Shown: in pieces, positions 25,055 to 39,310 of the stretch | How the letters are laid out: every line of letters begins with the position of its first letter | Numbering within the stretch: position 1 is the first letter of the stretch | Assembly (NCBI RefSeq): GCF_006345805.1 | Contig: NW_021831856.1 | Location: forward strand, 2,695-66,694 | Source: Octopus sinensis | Taxonomy: Eukaryota | Length of the DNA stretch: 64,000 bases | Direction of reading: 5' to 3' | Program-made: the position numbers and the translations under genes | Notes under the pieces: model-generated | Database searches by the model: none | Seen by the model: only the letters and a program-made list of their open reading frames with translations | What the model was told of the DNA's origin: nothing

Positions 25055-27165
25055 GAAAATTTCAAAAAATTTTTGCAAAAATTTTCAAAAATTTTGGGGG
25101 AAAATTTTCAAAAACTTTGGGGAAAATTTTCAAAGATTTTTGGTGAAAATTTACAAAAATTTTGTAAACTTTCACCAAAAATTTTGGGGGAAAATTTTCA
25201 AAAATTTTTGAGGAAAATTTACAAAAATTTTTAGAGAAAATTTTCAAAAAATTTTCAAAAACAGATTACCGGAGATTCCCGGAAATTGCCGGATATGCCG
25301 GAATTTACCGGAAATTGCCGTAGATTGCCGGAAATCAACGGAAGTTGCCGGAGATTGGTGGAATAGCATTTTGGGAGATTTCCCAATAATGCAGGGAAAA
25401 GTTTTCAAAAATTTTTGGGGAAACATTTCAAAAATATTTCGGAAAATTTTGAACAAATTATGGGGAAAATTTTCAAAAATTTTTGGGGAATATTTTCAAA
25501 AATTTTCGGGGAAAACTTTGAAAAATTCTTTGGAAAAATTTTGGGGGAAAATGTTGAAAAGTTTTTGGGAAAAATTTTCAAAACGTTTCGGGGAAAATTT
25601 TCAAAAATTTTTAGCGGTAGTTGCCGAAGATTACCGGAGATATACTGAGCTTGCCAGAGATAGCCGGAGATTGCCGGAGATAGCCGGAGATAACCAAAGA
25701 TTGGCGGAATAGCATTTTTGGAGACTTCCCAATAATGAAGGGAAGAATTAAAAAAAATTTTGTGGGAAAATTCTGAAAAATTTTGTAAAATTTTTGGGGA
25801 AAATTTTGAAAAATTAAAAAAAATTTGGGGGAAAATTTTGAAAAATTTTTGCGAAAATTTTGAGGAAAATTTTTAACAATTTTTGGAAAAAATTTGAAAA
25901 ATTTCAGGGGAAAATTTTCAAAATTTTTCGAGGAATATTTGTTTCAGTTTTAGGGAAAATTTTAAAAAATTTTTGAGGAAAATTTTAGAAAAGTTTTTAG
26001 GGAAAATTTTCAAAAATTTTTGCGGTAATTGCCGAAGATTACCGGAGATATACTGAGCTTGCCAGAGATAGCCGGAGATTGCCGGAGATAGCCGGAGATA
26101 ACCGGAGATTGGCGGTATAGCATTTTTGGAGACTTCCCAATAATGAAGGAAAGAATTTTCAAAAATTTTTGGGGGAAAATTCTGAAAAATTTTGTAAAAC
26201 TTTTGCGGCAAATTTTGTAAAATTGTTGGGGAAAATTTTGAAAAATTTTTCGGAAAAATTAAAAAAAATATTTGGGAAAAATTTAGAAAAATTTTGGGGG
26301 CAAATTTTCAAAAATTTTTGCGAAAATTTTGAGGAAAATTTTTAACAATTTTTGGAAAAAATTTGAAAAATTTTGGGGGAAAATTTTCAAAAATTTTGGG
26401 GGAAAATTTTCAAAAATTTTTGAGGAAAATTTGTTTCATTTTTAGGGAAAATTTTAAAAAATTTTTGAGGAAAATTTTAGAAAAGTTTTTAGGGAAAATT
26501 TTCAAAAATTTTTGCGGTAATTGCCGAAGATTACCGGAGATATACTGAGCTTGCCAGAGATAGCCGGAGATTGCCGGAGATAGCCGGAGATAACCGGAGA
26601 TTGGCGGTATAGCATTTTTGGAGACTTCCCAATAATGAAGGAAAGAATTTTCAAAAATTTTTGGGGAAAATTCTGAAAAATTTTGTAAAACTTTTGCGGC
26701 AAATTTTGTAAAATTGTTGGGGAAAATTTTGAAAAATTTTTCGGAAAAATTAAAAAAAATATTTGGGAAAAATTTAGAAAAATTTTGGGGGCAAATTTTC
26801 AAAAATTTTTGCGAAAAATTTTGAAAAATCTTTGAGGAAAATTCTCAAAAATTCTTGCGAAAAATTTTTGGGAAAGGTATCAAAAATTTTTGAGGAAATT
26901 TTTAACAATTTTTGGGAAAAATTTGAAAAATTTTGGGGGAAAATTTTCAAAAATTTTTGAGGAAAATTTGTTTCATTTTTAGGGAAAATTTTCAAAAATT
27001 TTTGAGGAAAATTTACAAAAATTTTTAGAGAAAATTTTCAAAAATTTTTGCGGTAAATTAAAAAACATTTTTGTGGAAAATTACGGGAGATTGCCGGAAA
27101 TTGCCGGAGATTGCCGGAGATTGCCGGAGATTGCAGGAGATAGCTGGAGATTGGCGGAATATCAA
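25055..27165. repeat. A-tract satellite with 10-bp TTGCCGGAGA-type cassettes and 0.4-0.5 kb higher-order repeats
   Basis: AAAATTTT scaffold throughout. The cassette GCGGTA(A/G)TTGCCGAAGATTACCGGAGATATACTGAGC..GGAGACTTCCCAATAATGAAGG recurs near 25615, 26022 and 26514. Confidence 0.92.
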
Positions 27166-28098
27166 TGACTGATGATAGAGTATGGACGGATTTTTGAAGT
27201 ACCCTACACACATATTTGATTATGAAGATTTACAAACATATTTTCTCAGTGAAACTCAATATACCCACCATTATAGATAATACCAAATGTACATTTTCGG
27301 ATTTTTCATAATTTCATGTGATATAATTCTTTGGTATAGCAATTGCATGCGGCTGAAGAGAGCTTTAAACTATCTGTTATGTCGATTACACATTGATGTA
27401 AGAATAGGTTATTTTATAAAGCTTGAAACACGTGTTCCGTGACATCCTTTGTGTTTTGTTTTTCATTTCATTTGATGCATATATGTATATACTAACAGTA
27501 TAACCCGGATTTTCCCGCGATTAAGTTAGGATTATTAAGCTAATCAAGTTCTTTATTTCAAACCAAACTAAGTAATATCGATGTCAAATTTTGGCGAAAT
27601 CTGTTGAAATTGGTTTCTATATATATATATATGGGCAGCACACACATACACGCACGTACGTAATACACCCATAGCATACATGTTTTTTGTATGCATACAT
27701 GTTCATGTGTGTGTGTGTGTGTGTGTGTGCGTGTTTGTGTGTGCGTGTGTGTGTTGCCCGTATATCAACAAAACAATTTTTTCTTCGATGGAAAAAAAAA
27801 CAACAAAAGTCAACAAAAACTTACTCGTCGCTAGAAGGGGACTTAACTCCTGTTTGTAAACAATGGTGATTTCTCCGACTTGAAAATTGTTAAAAGTTTT
27901 GGTTGAAAATTTATTTTTACTGCTATTCGCTGGTGCCTCTGGTAAACAAAAAATAAGTTGACGAAAATACAGCTAGGTTCATGACGAATGTCCTCCTAAA
28001 GTTGGAGCGACATGCATCCTAATTTGTGGACGTGCAAAATGTACACACACACACACACACACACACTCACACACACATCCTGCCTTTTATATATACAG

Positions 28099-28162
<64 letters not shown>

Positions 28163-28234
28163 TATATATAGGAACACATGCGCGCGTGCACACACATAGT
28201 AGTTATCTTTTACCTTATACTTCTTTCCGTCATT

Positions 28235-28610
28235 AAACTGTGGCCATGCTGGGGCACCATCCTGAAAGGTTTAGTCGAACAAACGCTTCCAAGACTTACT
28301 TATTTTAAAGTCTTGTATTTATTATCGCGGCTCGTTTTTGCCGAGCTGCTAAGTTATGGAATGTAAAGAAACCAGCACCGGCTGTGAACGAGTGGGCGAA
28401 AACGCACACATAAGCACAAAGACAGACAGACACATATATACACACATATGTATACGATGGGCTTCTGCACAGTTTCCGTTCACCCACGAGTCATTGGTCA
28501 GTCCGGAGTTATAGTAGAAGACACTTACACAAAGTGGCACATAGTGTGACTGAACCTGAAACTTTCATGGTTGAAAAGCATGCTTCATTACCACACGAAC
28601 ATGCCTGCGC
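28235..28610 (-). mobile_element. tRNA/CORE-type SINE copy
   Basis: Reverse complement of the 42393 family, with substitutions. Confidence 0.8.
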
Positions 28611-29269
28611 CTCTACACATGGTTTCAAAATACATAAACTATGGGTCAATGAAATTTTCTATATTTATAATACTATCCTAAGATTCTCATTGTTCGTTGT
28701 TCTCTTATTAACCAATATTTGTAAAAATAAACAAAAAGTGTCTATATGGATATACATTCAATTTTCAGTATATTTATGAATACAGATATGCATTACATTA
28801 GAAAATATTAGTAACTTATAATCTGAAAGAAATAAATGCTTCTATATAATTTTGTATGTGTTAAATGATTTTGTATTTATATTGCTGGATTTTTCTGTCT
28901 ATAAAGGATTACCGATAAATTTGCAATTAAATATTCTATAGAGTTGACAGCAAAATAGTTGAGCGTATGTTTTACTTATCTCTTGACAGAAAGAAACTAT
29001 TTATTGCTTCAGTGTTAGAAATATGGATATTTTATATCACTCTGCTGGATAGATAGATATTTCGTCTGTGTTGTCCTTATGTATGTATACCTACCTACCT
29101 ACCTACCAACATACATACATACATACATACCTACCTACGTACCTAACTACCTCCCTACATACCTACCTACATACATACATACATACATACATACATACAT
29201 ACATACATACATACATACATACATACATACATACATACATACTTACCTACCTACCTACCTATCTAGATA

Positions 29270-29512
29270 TATACATACTTAAAACTTTCCAGAAGTTTAT
29301 CATTTAAGTATATATAAGCATGTCTAGATATGCAACAATAAGCATGGAAATTCATACATAAAACAAAACACTCAAATCTGCACCTATATATACATAAAAA
29401 ATACCCTATTGATGTTGTTGAAATTCCAGTGAAGGAGCTTTGGATTTAGGTTAGAAACCGGCTCTTTCTCTATTGGTAAGAAATCTTGAAATAAAACTGA
29501 ATAATAATATAC
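29270..29512. repeat. Dispersed repeat; an inverted copy lies at about 49345-49590
   Basis: TTAGGTTAGAAACCGGCTCTTTCTCTATTGG(T/C)AAGAAATCTTGAAATAAAACTGAATAAT and AAAACTTTCC(A/T)GAAGTTTATCATTTAAGTATA are shared in opposite orientation. Confidence 0.8.
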
Positions 29513-30092
29513 TTGATGATTGCGTCATGATGTCAAATGATAACCTTCATGCATACATTTAATAGAATTGTTCTGGTTTGCTTTCATCCTGCAATAGGAT
29601 TTCATAAAATACAAAACTGGTCAAGAAACGAAATGATAGTGAGACGTCTATACGTCGTCGGATTTAAGTGACAAAAGCTTGTACAACACTTTTCTTACTC
29701 TCTTGGTCGCCATAGTGGACTCAAATGACAAGCATTGCAAGATGACTCATACTATTTTGACTACGAGTCTTATGTTAGAGTATACTTCTCCTAGGAGAAG
29801 CATAGCTTTTTCAGAAATGACGGGAGCTTCCTATACCCGTGGAAAATCTATCTAACCCATACATACGCTGACAGGTACTACTGTTTTGAATTAGAATGAA
29901 CACGAGAGTAATGATAATATGGAGGTGACTCCACGTTCCCACACGACTCCAGAACTTCCGTACTGAAACCTCACTACAGGATGCAGTTTAATGGCATACT
30001 CCGTACAGCATAGATACATACATACATACATACATACATACATACATACATACATACATACATGCATACGTTCATTCATTCATTCATCCATT

Positions 30093-30124
<32 letters not shown>

Positions 30125-30359
30125 CACACATGCATACATTCATTCATTCATCCATTCATACATACATACATACATACATACATACATACATACATACATA
30201 CATAATGCATACATTCATTCATTCATCCATTCATACATACATATATACATACATACATACATACATACATACATACATGCATACATACATCTAGAGCGAA
30301 GATAGGGATTTTAACTTTAATGATCGTGCGTAAATGCAAGAAAGGAGAGAATACTGAAC

Positions 30360-31140
30360 CGACACCATGCTGGATGTGAAACTCTCAGCATACCAAAAAG
30401 TGACTATATATAGGTATATTTCCTAAAGATTTGAAGAAGACTAATATTGCATGAAGTGCAACCTCTCTTGGACTCGTAACCGTTACATTACATCAAACTT
30501 GGAAAGCTATGCATTTCAATCCAAGAACAGACGATTACTACGAAATACATAATAGGTAGAAGAGATAGTGAAGTGCTTAGAGCTCCAAGATCCAACCGAA
30601 AATGTTGATTGTGTCATAAATCCTACGGAAGGTATCATTCATGTGATTAGTAGCTTTCCAAAAATGTCATCAAGTTAGTACCTCGTTATGTGGCATGGCG
30701 TTGTCGCAAAAACAATATACAATGCTATTTGGAAAACCGACTGTCCTCGAATAAATATAGATAATCTCCCTGTTATCGAATGCATACACAAACGTCAACA
30801 CAAGGAATACTGGTGGAATATTCCCATCGAAACATTTGTCAAGTTCAAACGTAACAGTCTGGATGCCGTTGTTGGGGACAGGCAAGAAAAAGTACGCACT
30901 GTCAGAGCGCTCAGCTGTCCTTTTGATTGTGAATAACTGTTTGAAGATCAAAGAGAAAGAGGATATCTTTGCGCAACTGCTTCGAAGCCTCCAGCTTCTA
31001 TATCCAGATTATAAATTCACATTTATACAAATAATAATTGGTGCACTTAGTTTTGTAAGTAAATGCCTAAGCGACAATCTGGATAAGCTAGAGTTTTCTG
31101 CAAAAGGAACCAACAAACTTGTGCATTGCAAATACAATTT
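30360..31140 (+). mobile_element. Decayed R4-clade (RLE) LINE fragment
   Basis: IQEQTITTKYI, HVISSFPKMSS..WHGVVAKTIY, KEYWWNIPIET, LSCPFD, KIKEKEDIFAQLLRSLQLLYPDYKF..IIIGALSFV. Confidence 0.8.
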
Positions 31141-31242
31141 CCAGGTGGAACAGTAAAAATATGCAAGACTTTTCTCATGTTTAAAAACCTGCTCCATCTT
31201 CAGAGGAAGAACGTAAATGATTAAAATCAGAAGAGAACATGC

Positions 31243-31276
<34 letters not shown>

Positions 31277-31524
31277 ATGTGCGCGCGCATGAGAAAGTGT
31301 ATATGTATGTGAGTGTGTATAATCCTCTTTTTGTTTTGGGAAAAGGATCTCGAAGCACATACATGCTACAAATAATAGCATGTAAATATTGTGTTGGACG
31401 ACTAATTTTGATAGAAAAAGTCGGCGGTTGCCTTTCTTTAATTGCAATTATCTTTAACACTTATGTACATTGGAATCTTAATTCCCAAAAAATTATTTTA
31501 TATTCGTTTGAAAGCTTATGAAGT

Positions 31525-31815
31525 TTGCTTCCAACCACATGGTTCCAGGTTCAGTCTCACTGTGCGGTACCTTGCGCAGTTATGTCCTCTTGTATCCTCT
31601 GGTCAACCAAAGTCTTATCAATGGATTTGGTAAACAGAAACAGGAAGAAGCCCAACGTGTATATGTGTTAGTGCGTTTATGTCCCCGTAACTTAGCAGTT
31701 CAGCAAAATAGACAAATAGAATGTGTATTGGGGTCGATTCGTTCGACTGAAATTCAGCAAGACGCTGCCCCAGCATGGCCACAATCTAATGGCTGATACA
31801 AGTAAAATAATAAAA
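31525..31815 (+). mobile_element. Degenerate tRNA/CORE-type SINE
   Basis: CCAACCACATGGTTCCAGGTTCAGTCTCACTG..CCCCGTAACTTAGC..GCTGCCCCAGCATGGCC. Confidence 0.75.
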
Positions 31816-31950
31816 GAATATATACATGTATATATATTATGTGTGTGTGTTTGTGTGTGTGTGTATGTATGTATGTATGTATGTATGTATGTATGTATGT
31901 ATGTATGTATGTATGTATGTATGTATGTGTATGAATGTGTGTGTATGTAT

Positions 31951-32356
31951 TACTCTTTACTCTCATTTACTCTTTTACTTGTTTCAGTCATTTGACTGCG
32001 GCCATGCTGGAGCACCGCCTTTAATCGAGCAACTCGACCCCGGGACTTATTCTTTTGTAAGCCCAGTACTTATTCTATCGGTCTCTTTTGCCGAACCGCT
32101 AAGTGACGGGGACATAAACACACCAGCATCGGTTGTCAAGCAATTCTAGGGGGACAAACGCAGACACACAAACACACACACATATATATATATACATATA
32201 TACGACGGGCTTCTTTCAGTTTCCGTCTACCAAATCCACTCACAATGCTTTGGTCGGCCCGAGGCTATAGAAGAAGACACTTGCCCAAGGTGCCACGCAG
32301 TGGGACTGAACCCAGAACCATGTGGTTGGTAAACAAGCTACTTACCACACAGCCAC
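31951..32356 (-). mobile_element. Near full-length tRNA/CORE-type SINE
   Basis: Reverse complement of the 42393-42796 copy over its length. Confidence 0.9.
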
Positions 32357-32857
32357 GTATGTATGTATGTATGTATGTATGTATGTATGTATGTATGTAT
32401 GTATGTATGTATGTATGTATGTATAGCATTATCTACATTAATGCGAAGATTAAGCAGATCAGACATACATTAAAGGAGTCGATAGAAAAAATATGTTGCG
32501 TGAATATTTTATTTCTTTCTTAAATCTTACAGATGGAGTTTTCTTTTGAGTCCCAAATATTCAACGGTATATTGTATTGCGCACGCGCGTATATATGTAT
32601 GTGCAAGTGTGTGCCTGAGTGTGTATGTGTGTGTGTAAGTGAGTGTGCGAGAACTAAGATCAAGAGTAGCAAGAACATAGGAAAAGAAATGCGAATTACT
32701 TCGTAGTAGGAACGCGATTTAGTAACAAAAGCAGTAGATTAGTCTCCATTGTAATAATTCCGTTCGATTCATTATTTATAAATGTATGTTTGTTAGTATG
32801 TATGACTGTTTTGATTCATGTGTGTATGTGTGCGTATGTGTGCGTATGTGTGCGTGC

Positions 32858-32903
<46 letters not shown>

Positions 32904-33034
32904 TGTGTGTGTGTTCTTTATGTATTTAATTCTTTTGTTTGTTCTTAACGACCACAGCTTAGGCCATGTCAGAGGACATCTCACTGGTTTGTTTACTTGC
33001 TTAGATGAATATCACCAATATTACACACACACAA

Positions 33035-33095
<61 letters not shown>

Positions 33096-33340
33096 CACAT
33101 ACACACACGCACACACAGATGCATGATGTACCGAAATCATAAAAGGAGAAAGAAAAAATATTAACATTGCAAAATACCAACTGTAAAATACAAATTAATT
33201 TCCATTATGTGCCTATTAGAATGACTGTCATACAACAAGAAGATTTTAACAACAATACACAACGTGTACAACAAAAGTATAAAGAATATATTAGATATCT
33301 GTCTATGGATAATGGTCTGATTTTTGTTACATGTGTGCGC

Positions 33341-33375
<35 letters not shown>

Positions 33376-33484
33376 ACTTGTTTAATTAATGTGTTTTCGA
33401 GTTCTCACCAGTACAGGAATTACAAACTATCAATATTCCCAAAAAGTGAAAATCTGAACAAATACATTCAGGGAGGTAGACCAC

Positions 33485-33980
33485 ATTCATCATCATTGTT
33501 CGACCGTGGTCGAGACAATGGAATTTACCACGCTACGCCAGACTTACGGTCCATCATGGCATTACGGAGGTCCTGTTGCTGGATGCCTGTATCCCTGGAG
33601 ATTACATCAGGGTAGGAGAGTGTGCGCCCTCTGGTATGCGAGTAGATGGCTTCCAGAGGAGAAGAGTAGAAATTACTTCTTTTTCAGCTCTACAACAATG
33701 TCCAGCAAATGGACTCTCCTACCCTCCTCAAGAGATGACAAAGGTGGTAGTTTCCCATATATTTGCATTTTGGTTGGATGGCGGCTTCCACGAGAGATTT
33801 TTGAGCTCTCATAAGGAGGCGAGTGTAGGTTCCATCCAACCGCCTCTCAAGCTCTTTGATAACGTCCAGGTTTCTGAGCCATATAGTAGAATTGGTTCGA
33901 CTGTGGCTTTGAATATTTCAGGTTTGAAGTCTCTACTTAGATTGATGACCAGATCTATGCATGTCATTACAAGGCTGACA
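33485..33980 (-). mobile_element. 3' fragment of an RTE-clade LINE
   Basis: Minus-strand KPEIFKATVEPILLYGSETWTLSK motif, and a short (GAT)n-like tail at the left end. Confidence 0.8.
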
Positions 33981-34026
33981 GGCCATACACACACACACAA
34001 CACACCACATACATACACATACACCA

Positions 34027-34066
<40 letters not shown>

Positions 34067-34548
34067 TATAATGTATACATACGTGTGTGGCTGTGTTTAG
34101 GTAGTTTCTGTCTAACTGTGTACGCTTGCGTTTGTTTCTCTGCTTGTTTTGCAAATAGCACGTGTGAAATTGTGTATTTAATGAAATATTTTTGTATTTT
34201 TCGAATGTTCTGTTGCCCATTAAATCATACGCACTGATTAAATTTCACTTCTGCCATGCCCAGTTAATTGGATAATCAGCTAACTATTTATCTAATAAAT
34301 TAATTAAATAACACTTTGATTGGTTCTGTTGAAGTTATTTTGATAGTATCTGTCACTTAACAGCAGACGATCTATATTTCGCACTATCACACGCTTTGCG
34401 GTTCTCTGAGTGTTGCTATGTGAATTACGATTTTAACTGTTTATAATTCCACTTTATCCGTGTTTATATACATGGTGTGAGTGGGTATATATATATGTAT
34501 ATATTATATATATATATATATATGCACATACACACACACACATATATA

Positions 34549-35845
34549 CACGAGAGGATGCTGAAAATTTCCTGGCTTTGTGTAAAAGTAAATACAGGAG
34601 GATCAGTTAATTATGATTTTAGTATACTCCCCTCTCACATTCAAAAACTTATTACAGAGGGCCTTTAGTTTTTCTATGCCTTGTCAGTTTTTCTAAGCCC
34701 TGTTACAGAGGCCACCATTCAGGCCCCTGTATCAGCGATCACTTGCGAATCTCAGTGAAATTTCGTTCTCTTCAGTTGTGGAAAGAGGTGATAGTCGGAA
34801 AGGGCCAAGTCAGGAAATTAAGTCGGGTGGTCTACGAATTCGAAGCCAAAATTGCGTATTTTCCGTAGAGTTTATGTGCTGTGGGTGTTGGTGCCTTTTC
34901 CTGTAAGAACAGTCTCAGCTTCCCATGGCGTTTCTGCTTCAAAGTTTCAAGCAGTTCATCCAACAGACACGTGTAGTATTCTGCGTTGATGGTGCGACCC
35001 ATTGGCATGTGTTTTATGACAAGTACTCCATCTTTGTCCCAGAACAGTGAAGTCAGAATCCTTCCAGCTGACTTCTGGGTTCGAAATTTCTTGGGATGCG
35101 GTGAGCCGCTGTGACCCATTCCATTGATTGCTGCTTGGTATGGGAATCATAACTATGAAGCCAAGTTTCATCCATGGTGGTTAAACGAGCTATAAAATCA
35201 ACTTCTCTCTCTTCAAACCAGTCCAAAATTGCATTTGATGTCGTCAATCTGATATGCTTCTGATCTGCGTTCAAGCATTTGGGCTCTCATTTTACGGAAA
35301 TATTTCTCATGCCCAGAATATTGTGGCTGATGTGGCCAACTCTTCATGGTTGATGTGACCAACACGTGAAAGAGTTGCTGAAATGCGATGATCTTTAGCC
35401 GAAATGCGGCGATCCTCGAGATTCATGACGTGCACAACGTCATCTTTGTCTTCTGTGGTCGCGGAAGTTGGCCGTCCTGACTGCAGTTCATCTGTGACCT
35501 CGAAATGACCAGTCTGAATCCTTGATTTCTATATTTCAAAGTGGAGTAAGATGGGCAGCCATCCTTGAAGACTTCGTCCATTTTGGCATGGATTCTGTCC
35601 TCTCTTTTGCTTCGAAAAAAGAGGAACTTCATGAGCACCCGTGCTTCAATTTTACCAAAATCGTCGTCTGTAGGATTTGGCATCATGAGCTAAATTTGTA
35701 AAAAAAAGGAAGGATGTATTGTATACCATCGTGATTTTTTGTATATTTTCCACTAAATAGCTGTCCTACCCACACCTTGTAAAGGAAACAGTTCTACTCT
35801 CTCACGATCAACTTAAAGCTAAGAAATTTTCAGCACCACATCGTG
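34549..35845 (-). mobile_element. Near full-length, decayed mariner (DD34D-type) transposon
   Basis: TIRs CACGAGAGGATGCTGAAAATTTCCTGGCTTT and AAAGCTAAGAAATTTTCAGCACCACATCGTG. Broken transposase from ATG 35686: EARVLMKFLF, LTTMDETWLHSYD..TKQQSMEW, KKFRTQKSAGRILTSLFWDKDGVL, TINAEYY. Confidence 0.9.
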
Positions 35846-35911
35846 TGTGCGTGTGTGTGTGTATGTGTGTGCATGTGTATATATGTAATATGTATATATA
35901 TTTATAGATAC

Positions 35912-36230
35912 ACTTGGGCAAGTGTCTTCTACTATAGCCTCAGGCCAACCAAAGCATTTTAAGTGGATTTGGTAGACGGAACTGAAAGAAGCCCATCGTA
36001 ATATAATATATATATATATATAATATATATAGTATATTGTGTGTGCTATGTTTGCCCCCACACCAACATCGCTTGACAACTGATGCTGGTGTGTTTAGGT
36101 CCCCGTAACTTAGCGGTTCGGCAAAAGTGACCGATAGAATAAGTACCAGGCTTACAAAGATTAGGTCCTGAGGTCGATTTGCTCGACTAAAGGCGGTGCT
36201 CCAGCATGGCCGCAGTCAAATGGTTGAAGC
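35912..36230 (+). mobile_element. 5'-truncated tRNA/CORE-type SINE
   Basis: CTTGGGCAAGTGTCTTCTACTATAGCC through GGCGGTGCTCCAGCATGGCCGCAGTCAAATG. Confidence 0.85.
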
Positions 36231-36567
36231 AATATATATGTGTATATATGTATGCATATGTGGGTACAGAACGTCAAGAAATGTGTCCAACAAAAAAAAT
36301 AATAAAGCAGGAGTACATGGAATATGAACTATTCTTTCGAACAACGAAAGACACAAATGGAAAACAAAAAAAAAAACAACATAACGAACAAACCTTCATC
36401 AGTTGTTGGCTGTTCTCTAGTCTCGTATTCGAACATTTAACAACCATATACGCTTTCGATAAAACAGTCACTCCCGTAAAGCAAATTAAATAAAATTGGG
36501 ATTTTGCGGAGGTCAAAATTGGTAACAGAAACAGGACAATGAAAGCAAACAAGAAGGGCTCCTAAGC

Positions 36568-36623
<56 letters not shown>

Positions 36624-37096
36624 AGAGAGAGAGATCAAAACAGTTTGTTTCAGATTTCTTGGTACTCTAAGTTTCAAGCGTGTGGCTAGTCTTCGGTTAT
36701 CAGAGCCCAATGGCCGAAGACTAGCAGCACTCTTGAAACCCAGAATACCAAAGAGCTGAATCAAACTGTTTTGATCTAAACATGCAACTCCCAATAAATG
36801 TTGAGTGCCCTTTCGCCTGTCGATTCACTTGTATATTATATATATACATATATATATATAAAATATATAATATAATATATATATGTATATATATATATAC
36901 TTATATATATATACATATATAAATATGTATATATATATATGTATATATATATATGTATATATATATATAATATATATAATATATATATATATGATATATA
37001 TATGTATGTATGATATATATATATATATATGTGTATATATATATACTTATATATAATCATATATATATATGTATATATAATTGTATATATTATATA

Positions 37097-37132
<36 letters not shown>

Positions 37133-38039
37133 ATAGTATATATAATGTATGTATATATATATATGTATATATATACTTGCATATATATATGTATGTATAT
37201 ATATATATATATATACATATATATATGTTATATATATATATATTATATATAATATATATATATAATTATATATATATATATATATACAGGCAGATAGATA
37301 GATAGATAGATAGACAGGCATATATTTATACACACACACACAACTCAAACGCACATATGCATATATAGGTGCATGCGTGGCTGTATGTATGTATGTTTTA
37401 TGTATGTATAAGCATTATCCTTCGGCTACGATATGAAAACACAAAAAAAACGTGTAAATAATTTTTATTTATTTTATTTATTCATTTATTAGTTCAAGAG
37501 TTATTTGTTGAAGTCTTAATCATAACATAACCGTCAGGCAGCGGTCGTTCGCACGTAAAAGACAAATATTACAGAAAGTGCAATTCTTCTAAATCCAATA
37601 AATTCAGCTGGATCCATTGTGGATTATATTTGAAAAATTTTTTTTTCAAAACAATGTGATCAACTTAAAGCAACATAAAGCTGTACAAATTGCAATAGTT
37701 GGAGTTGTAATCATATCATAAACGTCACACAGAGGTTGTTTACATGAAGAAAACAAATATTCTGAAGGAAATAAATATTCTGAAGTTGAAGGATTCATTA
37801 GGAATTACAATTTCAAAATTATTATAAAGCCATTATTTTAATGATCTTACATCAAGGTACTCGTACGCAAAATACAATATGACGCTGGGATCTTCGACCG
37901 CCAGTCACAGTTTCTCGTAATATAGATGAGAGAAACAATAGTATTATTTACGACAACCAAAATGCTCAGTTCGTGAGTGTTATACATGTTGATTCGTACA
38001 CACAACGTGGACACACATATACACACACATTCATATATA

Positions 38040-38215
38040 TATAACGGGAAAGTTTACGAAAATAAACAAAAGACGAAGGCAGGTGGAGTACAAACAAACA
38101 AATGTGTTAGTATAGCGCTCAGGAATAGAAATAGAAAAAGTCTTTTACGTTTCGAGCCTACGCTCTTCGACAAAAAGATACAGAGAAAATAAAAGGAGAG
38201 AAAAAAATGCGTTTA
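38040..38215 (-). mobile_element. Penelope-like terminal fragment with a degenerate hammerhead-like motif
   Basis: Minus strand CTTT-TTGTCGAA-GAGC GTAG GCTC-GAAAC-GTA-AAAG. A related end lies at 38570-38620. Confidence 0.45.
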
Positions 38216-38472
38216 GGAGCTAACGATCTATCATGGCGGGATGGCATTATTAAAATACCATCACAAATGGTAAGCGAATTCTCAGCCGTACAGGCAAATT
38301 AATCAAATATATACATACAATATTAGATATGTACATATACACACAAGGGTACCACATGAGTACCTATATCGCCAATGACAGAAGTCAAAAATACTTCTGT
38401 ACCGCTGAATAGTCACAAATCTATTACAGACAAGATAGGAAAAAATAGCAGTGAACAATAATGTCTTACCTC

Positions 38473-38536
<64 letters not shown>

Positions 38537-38651
38537 TACTATATTATATATATATATATATATATATACAGGGAAATTCACAAAAACAAAAGACGAAGAC
38601 AGGTGGTGTAGACAACAAACATATTATTTACGTATGTACTTTCTGGGTTGA

Positions 38652-38733
<82 letters not shown>

Positions 38734-39069
38734 CGTTTTGGGATTTAGTTTGCAAGATTCTTTATATGAGTTCGTGTTTTGAAGCATATTCTATTGTGTC
38801 TGGGGAGAGTCATTTTCTTTTTGTGCCTTATAATGTAACACACTCACCGGTATAATTTTCACTTATTGTTCGAAGAATGTGTCCCCACTATGCGAACCCT
38901 ATGAAATGAAAAAACATATACAGAACTTCATGCACCGCATTCAGTTCTCTGGATATGATCAGAAAGATAGGGTTCGAGTACACAGGGGTTCTATAAACAA
39001 CGGCATAACTATGAAATTCATAAAGACCATTTGTTAATTTTGATCCTATTTTTCTCATACAGCTGCATA

Positions 39070-39310
39070 TCGCAGGCGCATGGGTTAGTGGTTAGGTTAT
39101 TTGGATCCCGATTAAGAGTTCGATTCCCAGAGGCGCGTGGTGTTCTTGAGCAACACATTCTGTGTCACGTTGAATTTCCCTGATTACTATATTAAGGACA
39201 CGCGAATCTGTGGAGTACTCAGCCACTTGCATGTTAATTTTACGAGCAGGCTGTTCCGTTGATCGGATTAATCGGAACCTTCCTCGTCGTAACCGACGGA
39301 ATGCCAGTTT
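39070..39310 (+). mobile_element. tRNA-derived SINE, third family
   Basis: GGCGCATGGGTTAGTGGTTAGG..GAGTTCGATTCCC (A/B boxes) followed by GTTCTTGAGCAA. A similar head is at about 48602-48720. Confidence 0.7.
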
